This document shows, piece after piece, positions 18,082 through 28,251 of a DNA stretch of 56,435 bases; position 1 is the stretch's first letter; every line of letters begins with the position of its first letter. Below the pieces are notes generated by a model. It made no database searches and was not told the DNA's origin. It saw only the letters and a program-made list of their open reading frames with translations. The translations under genes and the position numbers were made by a program. The DNA comes from a virus (lineage: Duplodnaviria > Caudoviricetes). Location: positions 1 to 56,435 of IMG/VR virus record IMGVR_UViG_3300020200_000036, one strand, 5' to 3'.

Positions 18082-21000
18082 TAGTTGTCCCTTTGTAAAT
18101 CAAAAAAGTTTGGTGATCTTAATCCCTTAGTATTGTAAGAACTTCCGAATTCAACATCGTCGTATGGGTAGTAGATTGAAACCAACTTTGCATTTCCAGA
18201 TTTTCCTGTAGAACAATGTTTAGCATTAGCAAACAAATCTGAAGAAGACTCATCTAAGAATACTCTGATAAATCCTCCGTTGTCCATTATACTAGACCCA
18301 TAATAGTACCCAGATGGGACTATATTATTAGATGAGTTCCTTTGCAAAGCTATTTTATAAATAGAACTCAAATTATCTGCGCTACAGATTAATGAAGAAG
18401 ATGGTTGATACCCCTGAGAATAGATTTGTGGTATTATATCATTCGTTGTTGAGCTTAAGTCTGTAAAAGCGTTAGCAACAGGATTAACAGAGAAATACAA
18501 CCTGAACACACCATAATTTAAGGCAGAAGAAGTTCCAAAAGGATTTGCAGACGCTGGGGCTGCTCCAAAGTAATCAAGGATTGAGACGGAGCTTGTGTCT
18601 TGGGTTCCCGAAGGAAGACCTGACGCTATGCCGCCCGTACTAGATCTCCATACCCCCGAAGGCCCAACATAGCCTGCTGCTCTTGGATAAAGACCCTGTA
18701 CAGAGGTGTAGGAAGATTTTAATTGAGACGTATCTGCTATATTCCAAATAAATGTTTTGAAACAAAGTCCACCATTAGCAGCAGGAATGGAATTATCATA
18801 ATAAGGTGCCGAGGAATTCCACCACCCAGCAGGGAAGTTAACATTGTTAATGTTAACCAAGCTATTGTTCAAAGCTCTTACACAATATCCCCCGTTCGTT
18901 ACTGAACTAAAATCGTTTATAGGAGTGTTATAGTCTTTTAAGTAATAAAGATTTTTAGAGTTTTCGGCCAAATCGAAAGCCTTAGCATTTGAAATATATG
19001 GATTATCCGCCCCTGGAAATCCTACAGCATAGGAACCTATTGGATTTGGATAGAATTGTAATGATCCAGCACTTACATATGCCTCAAGGTACTCCATGTT
19101 TTGACTATAGTCTATCCCACTACCCACTCTATTACTGTAAAAATTCCCGGTTGTATCCCATGATGTTTTAAATGATCCTAAATCTTTGGCATTAAAAACT
19201 GAATTATTGTCTAAGACTACGCAAGACCTTGTAGCGTGAAGCTCGACAGAAGTATGATTTAAGTTGTTACTCAAATCAATTGAGGATATATCCAAAATAT
19301 CTATACCATTTAAGCTATATGGATTTATATTAATAGTTGAATTATTCTCAGCTAATAAATCAATTCCATATTTAGCTATAACAGTGGGACCATTAAATTC
19401 TATTTTTGAGTTATCACCAGCGTAGCAACCAGCGATATTCTTTTGGTTAATTCTTTCTGAGGGGCCTATTATGCGAGTTGCGGCAAGCCTTGTTCCAATT
19501 AACTTTGCAAAAGAATTATTAGTTACTGATAATTCAGACCCTTTTGCTATAGGGGCATCCCCAACATGGTCCGCATTTCTCTTAAGGAGAGGTCCAATTA
19601 ACACAACATTTGAATTATTAGTTAGTTCAATAGCTGGAATTGGTGCCATATTATTATTGTGGATAAGTTTTGCTCCTATAGTTTGACAAAATTCTATTTG
19701 ATCATAGATAGAATCCATATTAGAAGTAATCACAGGATTCATTTTTGAATTAGAAAGAACTATGTGCTGACCATTACCGCTAAAGTATAGTGGTCCGTTA
19801 TTTTCAGGAGCATAATTTCCATAGGGGGATAAATTCTTTCCATAAATAATATTAGAATTATTTGCTTCTATGGCAGTTTTTTGATTATACATCATAGAAA
19901 GCTTATCTATTTCAAATACAGATGAGTCTAGTTTGATTCCATTAAGGTTTTCAAATACACTTAGTCTACCGTCGAAAGATAACTTAGAGTTGGTAAGCTT
20001 AATTCCGCACCCCACGTTACCCTGAATATTAATATTTATGGTGTGTCTGTAATGATTAGAAGAACTAGCCATAAATGTATCGCCACCTTGGAGTATTGAA
20101 TTATTTAAAACAATACCATTTGAATTTTTGCTAAAATCAAAAATACAATTAACATTTACATAAGGATCAATATCTGTGAAATAATCTTCGGCTGCCTCGA
20201 TAATATAATTTTTGTAAAGAGGGCTTAGGAATTCTCTCGTAGAATTTATAGTAATTGTACTATTGTTTGATAAAATTCCGGCAGCCTTATCATAATTTGT
20301 ATAGCCTAAAGTTGAGTCGTATGAATCATAAAATATTTTTGAACTCCATAATCCAGTTAGTCTATTACCAGTTGAATCAAAATCGTATATTCTATTAGCT
20401 ACACAACCTCTTAACAAATTTACATTTGAGTCATTAAATAAGAATCCGGCCTTCCTATGCCTTACAGATACAATATTTTCTAAATTAATATTATTAGAAT
20501 TAGCAACTTCAACTCCATAATAATTTGTAGATCTATTGTAGCCACTACCATCTACAAAGAAGTTTCTAATGTATATTGGACCTTCACAGTTATTAACAAT
20601 AATTTTATCTAGCCTATTTCCGAATACTAAGCTGTTAACCCCATGAGTATTGTTACTTGTATGATCATTTAAGTATAGGTGATGAGAGTTACCGTTTATT
20701 AAATCTATTGTGCTGGAATCATAAGTAAATATACCATCTGCTATTTCCGCATTTAAATCATATGGGGTAAATTGAAATCTATCTGGTAAAGCTGGGCTGG
20801 CTGCTGCAAATGCAATATTTTTGCTTGCTATACTTAAAGTTGGTCTAGTGTATTTTGAATTATACCCATTTGAAATTAACGGCTGAGAAATAAATGCATT
20901 AAAATTTGAAGTTAGTCGGGTATCATTAGTCGCACTACATATTGTTGTAGAAATACTTAAACACGAAGCAGCTAGCAGACTTTTCTGTGCTCCGACATTA

Positions 21001-21557
21001 TAGTCTTGAAATGTACCTGTTTCAACACCTATAGCTGAGTAATATGAATATTTATTATTTAGAACTGAACTAGCATAATTCATTCCTAATTCATCATGAA
21101 CACTTCCATAATTATAGGACGCAGACACCACTGCAAGTGATTTTGAAAAAGTTCTGTTAATTATTTCTAATGAACCCCTAGGTCCAAATCTGAAGTTATT
21201 TAAAACTAGATCACCTAAAGCACCGAAGTTTCCAACTTCAATAATGATTGGAAAATTAATAGTCTCTGGAAGAGCGTCGATTGCGGCACTGAGACTTCTG
21301 AAGATATTCTTGTTGCAGCTTATGGCACTGTCTGGGGCATCGGCTGAGACCGCGAGAACTACTCCAGGGATGCTTGATGTTGGATACCCAATCTTCTCCC
21401 ACAAATAGAAAGTTCTCTCCTCAAGATCGTAAACAGGCATATTATCCTGTTCCCAATTGTAGAATGCACTTGAATCAAACTTTGTAACCTTGTCGGTCCA
21501 GCAGTGAAAAAGCTTTACAGTGCTACTGGTTGTATAAATATCTTCTTTAATAAACAT
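18081..21557 (-). CDS. Putative beta-helix tailspike-like protein
   Basis: 1158 aa with recurring GI.L.NS / NNS.I Asn-ladder repeats typical of right-handed beta-helices. Confidence 0.7.
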   Translation of the reverse strand: MFIKEDIYTTSSTVKLFHCWTDKVTKFDSSAFYNWEQDNMPVYDLEERTFYLWEKIGYPTSSIPGVVLAVSADAPDSAISCNKNIFRSLSAAIDALPETINFPIIIEVGNFGALGDLVLNNFRFGPRGSLEIINRTFSKSLAVVSASYNYGSVHDELGMNYASSVLNNKYSYYSAIGVETGTFQDYNVGAQKSLLAASCLSISTTICSATNDTRLTSNFNAFISQPLISNGYNSKYTRPTLSIASKNIAFAAASPALPDRFQFTPYDLNAEIADGIFTYDSSTIDLINGNSHHLYLNDHTSNNTHGVNSLVFGNRLDKIIVNNCEGPIYIRNFFVDGSGYNRSTNYYGVEVANSNNINLENIVSVRHRKAGFLFNDSNVNLLRGCVANRIYDFDSTGNRLTGLWSSKIFYDSYDSTLGYTNYDKAAGILSNNSTITINSTREFLSPLYKNYIIEAAEDYFTDIDPYVNVNCIFDFSKNSNGIVLNNSILQGGDTFMASSSNHYRHTININIQGNVGCGIKLTNSKLSFDGRLSVFENLNGIKLDSSVFEIDKLSMMYNQKTAIEANNSNIIYGKNLSPYGNYAPENNGPLYFSGNGQHIVLSNSKMNPVITSNMDSIYDQIEFCQTIGAKLIHNNNMAPIPAIELTNNSNVVLIGPLLKRNADHVGDAPIAKGSELSVTNNSFAKLIGTRLAATRIIGPSERINQKNIAGCYAGDNSKIEFNGPTVIAKYGIDLLAENNSTININPYSLNGIDILDISSIDLSNNLNHTSVELHATRSCVVLDNNSVFNAKDLGSFKTSWDTTGNFYSNRVGSGIDYSQNMEYLEAYVSAGSLQFYPNPIGSYAVGFPGADNPYISNAKAFDLAENSKNLYYLKDYNTPINDFSSVTNGGYCVRALNNSLVNINNVNFPAGWWNSSAPYYDNSIPAANGGLCFKTFIWNIADTSQLKSSYTSVQGLYPRAAGYVGPSGVWRSSTGGIASGLPSGTQDTSSVSILDYFGAAPASANPFGTSSALNYGVFRLYFSVNPVANAFTDLSSTTNDIIPQIYSQGYQPSSSLICSADNLSSIYKIALQRNSSNNIVPSGYYYGSSIMDNGGFIRVFLDESSSDLFANAKHCSTGKSGNAKLVSIYYPYDDVEFGSSYNTKGLRSPNFFDLQRDN

Positions 21558-21558
21558 T

Positions 21559-22176
21559 TTAGAAAGTTAAACTCCATCTAAAAACAAGTGCAAAATCGTC
21601 AGTTTTTCTAACATTATCAAATGATCTGTAGGCTACTAAAATCGGAGCCGTAGGACTTGATTTTTTTATATTTTTTATGAACAAACCGATCTCATTTAGG
21701 TAGGCTATAGAGGATCCTCTACTTAAATTATTACAAGACTCTTGATCTATAAATATAGTAAATCTAACTGTATTATCATCAATTCTAGTAATTTGATGTT
21801 GTGGAATCAAACCATACCATTTGTATGTGGATACAATAGAATTATTAATTAATTGATAAGCAGATTCTGTAAGTATGTCCCCAGCCCCCTCTGTTCCAAT
21901 ATATTCAGATAGACTAGATAGTGGAGATGACAAACTATTTGTTTGATATACCTCGTTATCCGCACCACCAGATACCCCGACTTGAAATCTATCTATTTGA
22001 TAATCTAATACAGAGTCAGATCCAGACAATGAGAATAGATGTGCCAGTGACATCCCCATGCCTGAAACAATTACGTTATGATCATCAAAAACAACTTCTT
22101 CAGAGCCATTTGAAAATAGCTTTGATATTTTTAAATGACCTTTTATCTCAAGTTCATCAATTATGTTCTTTATCAT
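21559..22176 (-). CDS. Baseplate / fibre-attachment protein
   Basis: KGHLKI...HNVIV.G...LNEIGLF...VAYRSF..V.KT..F.LVFRW.L.F. Start moved to 22176 on the basis of an ATGA overlap with the upstream stop. Confidence 0.7.
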   Translation of the reverse strand: MIKNIIDELEIKGHLKISKLFSNGSEEVVFDDHNVIVSGMGMSLAHLFSLSGSDSVLDYQIDRFQVGVSGGADNEVYQTNSLSSPLSSLSEYIGTEGAGDILTESAYQLINNSIVSTYKWYGLIPQHQITRIDDNTVRFTIFIDQESCNNLSRGSSIAYLNEIGLFIKNIKKSSPTAPILVAYRSFDNVRKTDDFALVFRWSLTF

Positions 22177-23153
22177 ACAAAATACAGTTCCCAATTTAAA
22201 GTAAGCGCAGGACCCTGATATGGGTAGTCATGTGTAAAATTAAACCCTGAAGATACTCCAAAATCATTAACAGTTAATAAATTTTTGTTAAAAGTCTTTT
22301 TAGCAAAAAGTTTATATTTTCTTATATTATTTAGATAGTTAAATGAATAAGGAGGGGTTTTACCTTCACTTAATAATGTTTTTAAATCTAAGTACCAAAG
22401 CCCTATGTGGTAAAGCCCACCAAATAAACTTAAAGATCCGGCATCCCCTTGAGCTATGTATATTTTATAGGTAACTTTATTTGGGAAAGTTCCGGCCTCA
22501 ATTAATCTAACTGCCCCCTTAGTATTATCGTTAGTTAAAGTTGCGTGATAAGTTGCATCTCCACTAGCAAAAGTTAAGAATCCAGAAGAGTCCATTAACT
22601 TATATTCATTAAAGTTGCTATACAAAGTTCCCGAATAAATTACGCTGGTAGATGGGCTTAGTTCTGAGGACACTGCCCAGTACTTAAATCCGTGACCTGA
22701 CGGAGCAAAACAACCTATCAAGTGAGCGTGAGAGCTTAAATTTATAGAAACCGCAGAATTTAAACAATGTCCTATATCAACAACCCCAGACGAATAATTA
22801 GGTAAAGTAGATTTAGACTCTAGCCTTGTATTTAACGGAGAGGGTGATTCTGGTAGAATTCTATAAATATGTTCTAATGAGATTTCCGTAGCCGATGTGT
22901 GGTAGCTTGATGCTGTTAGTGGTTGATAAGACACAACCTTTATTGCAGTGTTAGACGGGATAACTGATTGTGCTGATGGGTTTAAAATCTTATGAGCATG
23001 AAATTTAAAGCCATCGGCGTCTTTCCCAAAAGAAACAGCTTGAATGGTATAATTAGATGCATCAAGAATAGCTGACGCAGAGGATATTGAAGCCAAGCTT
23101 CTCTCTGCGGTAAGCACATCGACAATTAGTTTTCCTGCTCCATCTACTAGCAT
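22173..23153 (-). CDS. Baseplate protein, probable distant paralogue of the downstream gene
   Basis: 326 aa. MLVDGAG...HIGLW...LFAKKTF...LTLNWELYF architecture. Confidence 0.65.
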   Translation of the reverse strand: MLVDGAGKLIVDVLTAERSLASISSASAILDASNYTIQAVSFGKDADGFKFHAHKILNPSAQSVIPSNTAIKVVSYQPLTASSYHTSATEISLEHIYRILPESPSPLNTRLESKSTLPNYSSGVVDIGHCLNSAVSINLSSHAHLIGCFAPSGHGFKYWAVSSELSPSTSVIYSGTLYSNFNEYKLMDSSGFLTFASGDATYHATLTNDNTKGAVRLIEAGTFPNKVTYKIYIAQGDAGSLSLFGGLYHIGLWYLDLKTLLSEGKTPPYSFNYLNNIRKYKLFAKKTFNKNLLTVNDFGVSSGFNFTHDYPYQGPALTLNWELYFV

Positions 23154-23154
23154 T

Positions 23155-26100
23155 TTAATTATTGTAAGTTAAATTAGTTATACCGCCGGTTGTTCCTGTC
23201 ACAGAATAAGTATTCCAGAATGGAGATTCCACATAGTTTATTCTACTACCACCACTCGTTTCATAAACTCCACTTGTATATGGAGCAGACCTACTTGCAT
23301 ATCCAAACTCACTTGTATAAGCTCCTGCAATTTCGTTAAAATATCTTATTATAGATTGTAAATGATTCCTATTTATATCTACTCTATATTCTTTACAATA
23401 AATTTCTCCCATCGTAGAGCCATTTGGCGTACCAGTTACAAATATCTTAGACAAGTTATGTAAAGTTAAATCCATTAAATTTAAATCATAATATAATGTA
23501 AATTTGTTTTTATCTTTAGCATCGCTGAATATTTCAATGACATATCTTTGATTAAGTCTGTGGACATAATTTGATACATTTTCAAAATAATCAATTGGGA
23601 CATTAATATATTTATTTTTTGTATTAAAAGTTAATTCTAATTGATTGAAATCTGATTTGTCTAAAGATGCAATAGTATCGTTTTCTTTATTTTTATTTGC
23701 AATTAATATAAAGTTGTTACATCTTATAGAACTACTATTTAAGTCTCTAATAAGTTCTGGCATAGAAAGCTGATGGCAGTAGGTAGGTACGAGAGTCGAG
23801 TTTGTTACTAAACTAGCATCATGCTGTTTCCACTCTCCATTCTTCATAAAGGTCCATATCTTATTTCTTTCTGGTTTCGTATGTATCCAGAAGTTAATAG
23901 CTCCCCCGCCGAATACCTCTCCATTTAAAGTTGATATTAAAGCCTTGAGGTTAAGTTTGAATTCGTGATCAGGAGTCAAGAAGTTTGTAGGAACATCAAA
24001 TCCGTCATTTGAGTAGTGAGTGTACTTCCCTATATCAAAAATCATTCTACTGAATGAATTTATTGATTTTTGTTTTATAAGAACATTATCATGAATTAAT
24101 GGATTATACCTATGTCCAAATTTCTCAGAGCCCACTACATCTAGGACTGCAAAGCTGTTATCCCGGCTGCACCCAGACGGGTGGCAGAATTCCATATGGC
24201 TTATAATACCAGAATTTCTAAATTCTCTTTGGATTGTTGAATTGTCTTCTCGGTATATTGTTGCATCTTCTATCGTTGATGCAACAAAAGTTCCAGAAGA
24301 ATTTCCAGACACAGAAAACAATGGGCTAGTTGCATAAAATTCATAAATATTATCAAGGCTAGATGTAATGTACTGAGCATACTGATTTGCAAAATTACCT
24401 TTTACTAGCAGATCAGAATTGTACAACAAAGATCCAAATGTATGCCCAAAAATGGTTGGTCCATTCAGATTTACTAGCCCACCACCAACTCTGTGTCTAT
24501 TAAAGTTGTGGGTATAATTTTCATATAGTTTGTGGAAATCTCTACCAAACTTAAAGTTTATATAATTATCAAATGAGTTTGGAAAAGCCCCGCTATAAAT
24601 TGTTGCACTATTAGCGTAACTTTGGAGATTGTCTTTCCACATAGAAGTCTTAGCATATTCCCTACGCCTTCCTGCATAATAAGCTGAGGCTTGAACTACT
24701 TTAGCCTGCTCTTGAATGTAGTGTAATGTGGCTACAAACTTATCTAGTTGCCCTCGGTCTAAGAAGCTGTCAGTTCTAGCCAAAGTCCCAAGCCAAGCGT
24801 AGAAATATCTTTCTCCAATCTCATCTAAAGACTCATCATTAAAGTGAATATTTGATAATGTATAATTTTCTGCGGAGAAATTTCCACTTATACTGTACGA
24901 TGGAATATTAAGTATATTTGAGAAAAGTAATACCCCTGGTGGTGATATTGGGGAGGAATTAGATTCAAATAATGGTTCTTCTACAAATCCATTTATATCA
25001 TCAAAATTTAACAACTGCCCATATTGATCTGTATTTAAATTTTCTTGCCCTTGGCGTACGACAGATGTAGATGACCATGACCATGTTCCAAATGAACCCG
25101 ACAAGAAGTTTTCACCTCCAGCTATCCCAAATGTAGCAAACGTGGTCGCTAAAGCAGTCTTAGTTCCCCCTCCAAACTCAAGAAGTCCTGGGGATGGTTC
25201 CCAGTATCCATTAGGAAAGTAAAATCTATCTGGCTCTGATCCTTGTCCCATTTCATCCGCAATCTTGGATCTTAATATCTTAAAATTAATTGGAGATGGA
25301 AATTTTGCTTTTACTGTATCTAAGAAATAAGCTGTGGCAGCAGAAAATGCTATGGCACTTACATCATTTTCTTGCCCTGTTCCTGCCTCGGATTCTCCTT
25401 GAGCCCAAATCAAAGCAACATTTCTAATATTAGATGACCCACCTAATGAGTTTACAGCAGCGTCTACAACATTATTAAATCTCTTGTAGAGAGCATTGGT
25501 AAAAGTATTACTAGGGCACCAACTGTTAACAGCACTACTATTCACTACAAGAGAATTATCAGAAGCAAATTTTACAATATAAGTATTCTTGGCTAACTCA
25601 CTCTTTTGGAGTAGTTCACAGAATTTTACCTCAGGACCCCAGAAATCTGATCCGTAACTAAATGGGACACCAGTAAAAGAGTTATCATATAGTGGATTTA
25701 AAATTTGAGTGTTACCAAAAGGAATTACAGTATCTACGAAAGCAGACGCTTCGATATCCCAATAATTAATTCCACCCACAGAATCTCTCTGCCTTGTTCC
25801 TGCGCCGTTCATATTACTTTGGCCTGCCATAATAACTAAATTCTTTGTAGGCCCAACTTCTGACCATCCACGAGCAGGGACGGTATTACTTACATTATAT
25901 CCATAGTAAGAATTACTAGAATCAAGAGTATTACACTTTGAATATATTTCTGGTATATTATTGTAGTCAGGGATTGAAACAAAAGTCATTGAGCTTGGAA
26001 CTAGCCCTAATGGAGTTTTTGTAGTTGAAAAGTTATAATCATAAGATACTGGCATATTAAACCCAGTACGATCATAGAAACCTCCCTTAGGGAGTATAAA

Positions 26101-28251
26101 CTTTAAATCTCTTCTACGGTGTGATCTTCTTGGTAAGGTAGATGAAACTAAAGCATCAAATCTAATAAGGCTATCTGATAAACTGTCTACATTGGACCTA
26201 GAGAAGGTTGCGGTGGATGTTGGTGTGAGTCCTCTCTTATAAGTCTTCATAGCAATAGCGGATGTTCCAAACCCAGCTATTGATGCCCCGCTGGCATAAG
26301 TTATTGCAGCGTAATCCTGTTTAGCGACTCGGATGTATGGGCGAATAGCCTCCAGGTAGCCTTCAAAGTCCTCCGCAGACGATCTCGCAATAATCTCTGG
26401 TACTGCCTTTGCTGGAGAAAAGTCTTTAATTGTTTGTGATGTTATAGTAAGTATTTCAGGCGAATCTGCCTCTAATGATGATTTTCCAAAATCAAAGCTT
26501 GAAGTATCTATAACAATTTGAAAGTGAGATGATTTTCCATTCCACAAAGATAAATACTCAGTTTTCGTATCCGACAAATCTCTAATAATTGAATCCCAGT
26601 TGGGGGCATACTCTGCACTTGGAGTAAACATTAAAAAACTATTTTTAAGAGAATAGTCTTCATTAGTTCCCAAAGTGTATTTTAATATGTAATTTTTAAC
26701 TTTTTCAGCAAATGTAATTGGGACTCCAAAACAAATTAATTTATCTTCTATAAAAGAAACTAGCTCTTTAGTAATTTTTACAGTTCTATAGTATGGAATT
26801 TCTTCAAAAGGCGGAATTTTATTTATTTTATTTCTATATTTAAAAATAAAATCTGGATCGTCTACCCTAAATCTTCTTCCACCAAATAGAAAGTTGTCTG
26901 GAAATGCAGTGGCAAGGTCTGTTAATATGTTGTCAACGCACATTCTTATATTTTCATCAAAACTACTTAAGCTGTAGTTAGTGACTCCTAGACTTTGAGC
27001 TTTAGTCTGAGTCCAAGTAGAAAAATTTTGAAGGAATGTAGACTCTGTTGCTAAAGAATAGTGAATTAAGAATGGGATATAAGATTCCCACATTTCTGTA
27101 ATTAAAGAGCTAGCACTTAGTATATCTTGTCCGAAAATAGAATCTGCAATAAGACTTACACACTTCTTAGTTCCCACCGCTCTGTAAATATCAACAGCAT
27201 TCGCTATTTGGAGTCTCCACCGATCAGGTTCGGAGCCAAATAACTTCCACCCTATTAAGTTTGCTAGTAATGGCAAGTATTCATCTGGACATTCATTTAT
27301 GTCATACAATGCTTCAAGTCGATCAACTTGATTAGAGTAATCTGCAAAGGCAAACGACATTGCCTTTATTAATTTTATAAATGGCCCTTGTAGATATTTT
27401 TTAGTTATTAAAAACGAGTTTTGCAAATAATCGTCAATAGCATTTTTTACTCTAACATCTCCATCATCAATATAAAGTGGAGAGTATAGAACATCAACTA
27501 AAGTATTAAGTTTAGTAAGCTGCTGCGTTCCACTTGTAAACTGTGAACTTGTATTACTAGCTATAGGTAAAAAATCTTTAGGAATAACATTAATAGAACT
27601 CCACGACTGAGTGGTGTAGTTACGCCAAATATATTCAGTCAGTCCCCTAATACCATCATTGGTTTTTAATGTTTTTGCTGTGTAAGTATTGTTTGTTAAG
27701 ATATCCAATACATAAGACGATGGATTGTACTCTAAAGATTCACCTCTATTTAAAAAATAGAGCCAAGATAAATTCGTTATTAAATAATTATGTGTTTGTT
27801 CTTTTGTTGCGCCCTCTACAAATATCAATGTTGGATTATTTGTTCTTATTCCAGGTAGTAGAGTATTCTTTAAATAATCTCTGAATTCGTCACTAGAATT
27901 AAAATCTCTTAATGACTTGTTTAATGGTAATAGTATTTTTCTTTCAAAATCGTTAATGTCTATATCAGTAAGATTATTTTGTTTTACAAAGAATTGAGCT
28001 ATGCCCTCAGGAGTATTCATTCCACTATAAACTGTCCCAGTAACTCCACTAATAAAAAGTATGCTATTTATATTTCCAATTACATTTAAATGAGAATTTA
28101 TTAATTGATCTATGATGTCAATTTCATTATTTTTTAATGCATAGTCTTCTTCATAATACATTGACGGAATGACATACTTCATTGCGTCGCTGTAATTTGA
28201 CTTGTGGTACTGACGATTATCTATGAACTTAATTGGACTAGACATAAACAA
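23155..28251 (-). CDS. Baseplate wedge protein (P2 gpI / T4 gp7-like) with an inserted SGNH acetylesterase domain
   Basis: LYDINECPDEYLPLLANLIGW...WRLQIANAVDIYRAVGT wedge motif. Internal MAGQSNM, GPE, WAQGESE and IHF SGNH motifs. Follows gp6. Confidence 0.8.
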   Translation of the reverse strand: MFMSSPIKFIDNRQYHKSNYSDAMKYVIPSMYYEEDYALKNNEIDIIDQLINSHLNVIGNINSILFISGVTGTVYSGMNTPEGIAQFFVKQNNLTDIDINDFERKILLPLNKSLRDFNSSDEFRDYLKNTLLPGIRTNNPTLIFVEGATKEQTHNYLITNLSWLYFLNRGESLEYNPSSYVLDILTNNTYTAKTLKTNDGIRGLTEYIWRNYTTQSWSSINVIPKDFLPIASNTSSQFTSGTQQLTKLNTLVDVLYSPLYIDDGDVRVKNAIDDYLQNSFLITKKYLQGPFIKLIKAMSFAFADYSNQVDRLEALYDINECPDEYLPLLANLIGWKLFGSEPDRWRLQIANAVDIYRAVGTKKCVSLIADSIFGQDILSASSLITEMWESYIPFLIHYSLATESTFLQNFSTWTQTKAQSLGVTNYSLSSFDENIRMCVDNILTDLATAFPDNFLFGGRRFRVDDPDFIFKYRNKINKIPPFEEIPYYRTVKITKELVSFIEDKLICFGVPITFAEKVKNYILKYTLGTNEDYSLKNSFLMFTPSAEYAPNWDSIIRDLSDTKTEYLSLWNGKSSHFQIVIDTSSFDFGKSSLEADSPEILTITSQTIKDFSPAKAVPEIIARSSAEDFEGYLEAIRPYIRVAKQDYAAITYASGASIAGFGTSAIAMKTYKRGLTPTSTATFSRSNVDSLSDSLIRFDALVSSTLPRRSHRRRDLKFILPKGGFYDRTGFNMPVSYDYNFSTTKTPLGLVPSSMTFVSIPDYNNIPEIYSKCNTLDSSNSYYGYNVSNTVPARGWSEVGPTKNLVIMAGQSNMNGAGTRQRDSVGGINYWDIEASAFVDTVIPFGNTQILNPLYDNSFTGVPFSYGSDFWGPEVKFCELLQKSELAKNTYIVKFASDNSLVVNSSAVNSWCPSNTFTNALYKRFNNVVDAAVNSLGGSSNIRNVALIWAQGESEAGTGQENDVSAIAFSAATAYFLDTVKAKFPSPINFKILRSKIADEMGQGSEPDRFYFPNGYWEPSPGLLEFGGGTKTALATTFATFGIAGGENFLSGSFGTWSWSSTSVVRQGQENLNTDQYGQLLNFDDINGFVEEPLFESNSSPISPPGVLLFSNILNIPSYSISGNFSAENYTLSNIHFNDESLDEIGERYFYAWLGTLARTDSFLDRGQLDKFVATLHYIQEQAKVVQASAYYAGRRREYAKTSMWKDNLQSYANSATIYSGAFPNSFDNYINFKFGRDFHKLYENYTHNFNRHRVGGGLVNLNGPTIFGHTFGSLLYNSDLLVKGNFANQYAQYITSSLDNIYEFYATSPLFSVSGNSSGTFVASTIEDATIYREDNSTIQREFRNSGIISHMEFCHPSGCSRDNSFAVLDVVGSEKFGHRYNPLIHDNVLIKQKSINSFSRMIFDIGKYTHYSNDGFDVPTNFLTPDHEFKLNLKALISTLNGEVFGGGAINFWIHTKPERNKIWTFMKNGEWKQHDASLVTNSTLVPTYCHQLSMPELIRDLNSSSIRCNNFILIANKNKENDTIASLDKSDFNQLELTFNTKNKYINVPIDYFENVSNYVHRLNQRYVIEIFSDAKDKNKFTLYYDLNLMDLTLHNLSKIFVTGTPNGSTMGEIYCKEYRVDINRNHLQSIIRYFNEIAGAYTSEFGYASRSAPYTSGVYETSGGSRINYVESPFWNTYSVTGTTGGITNLTYNN

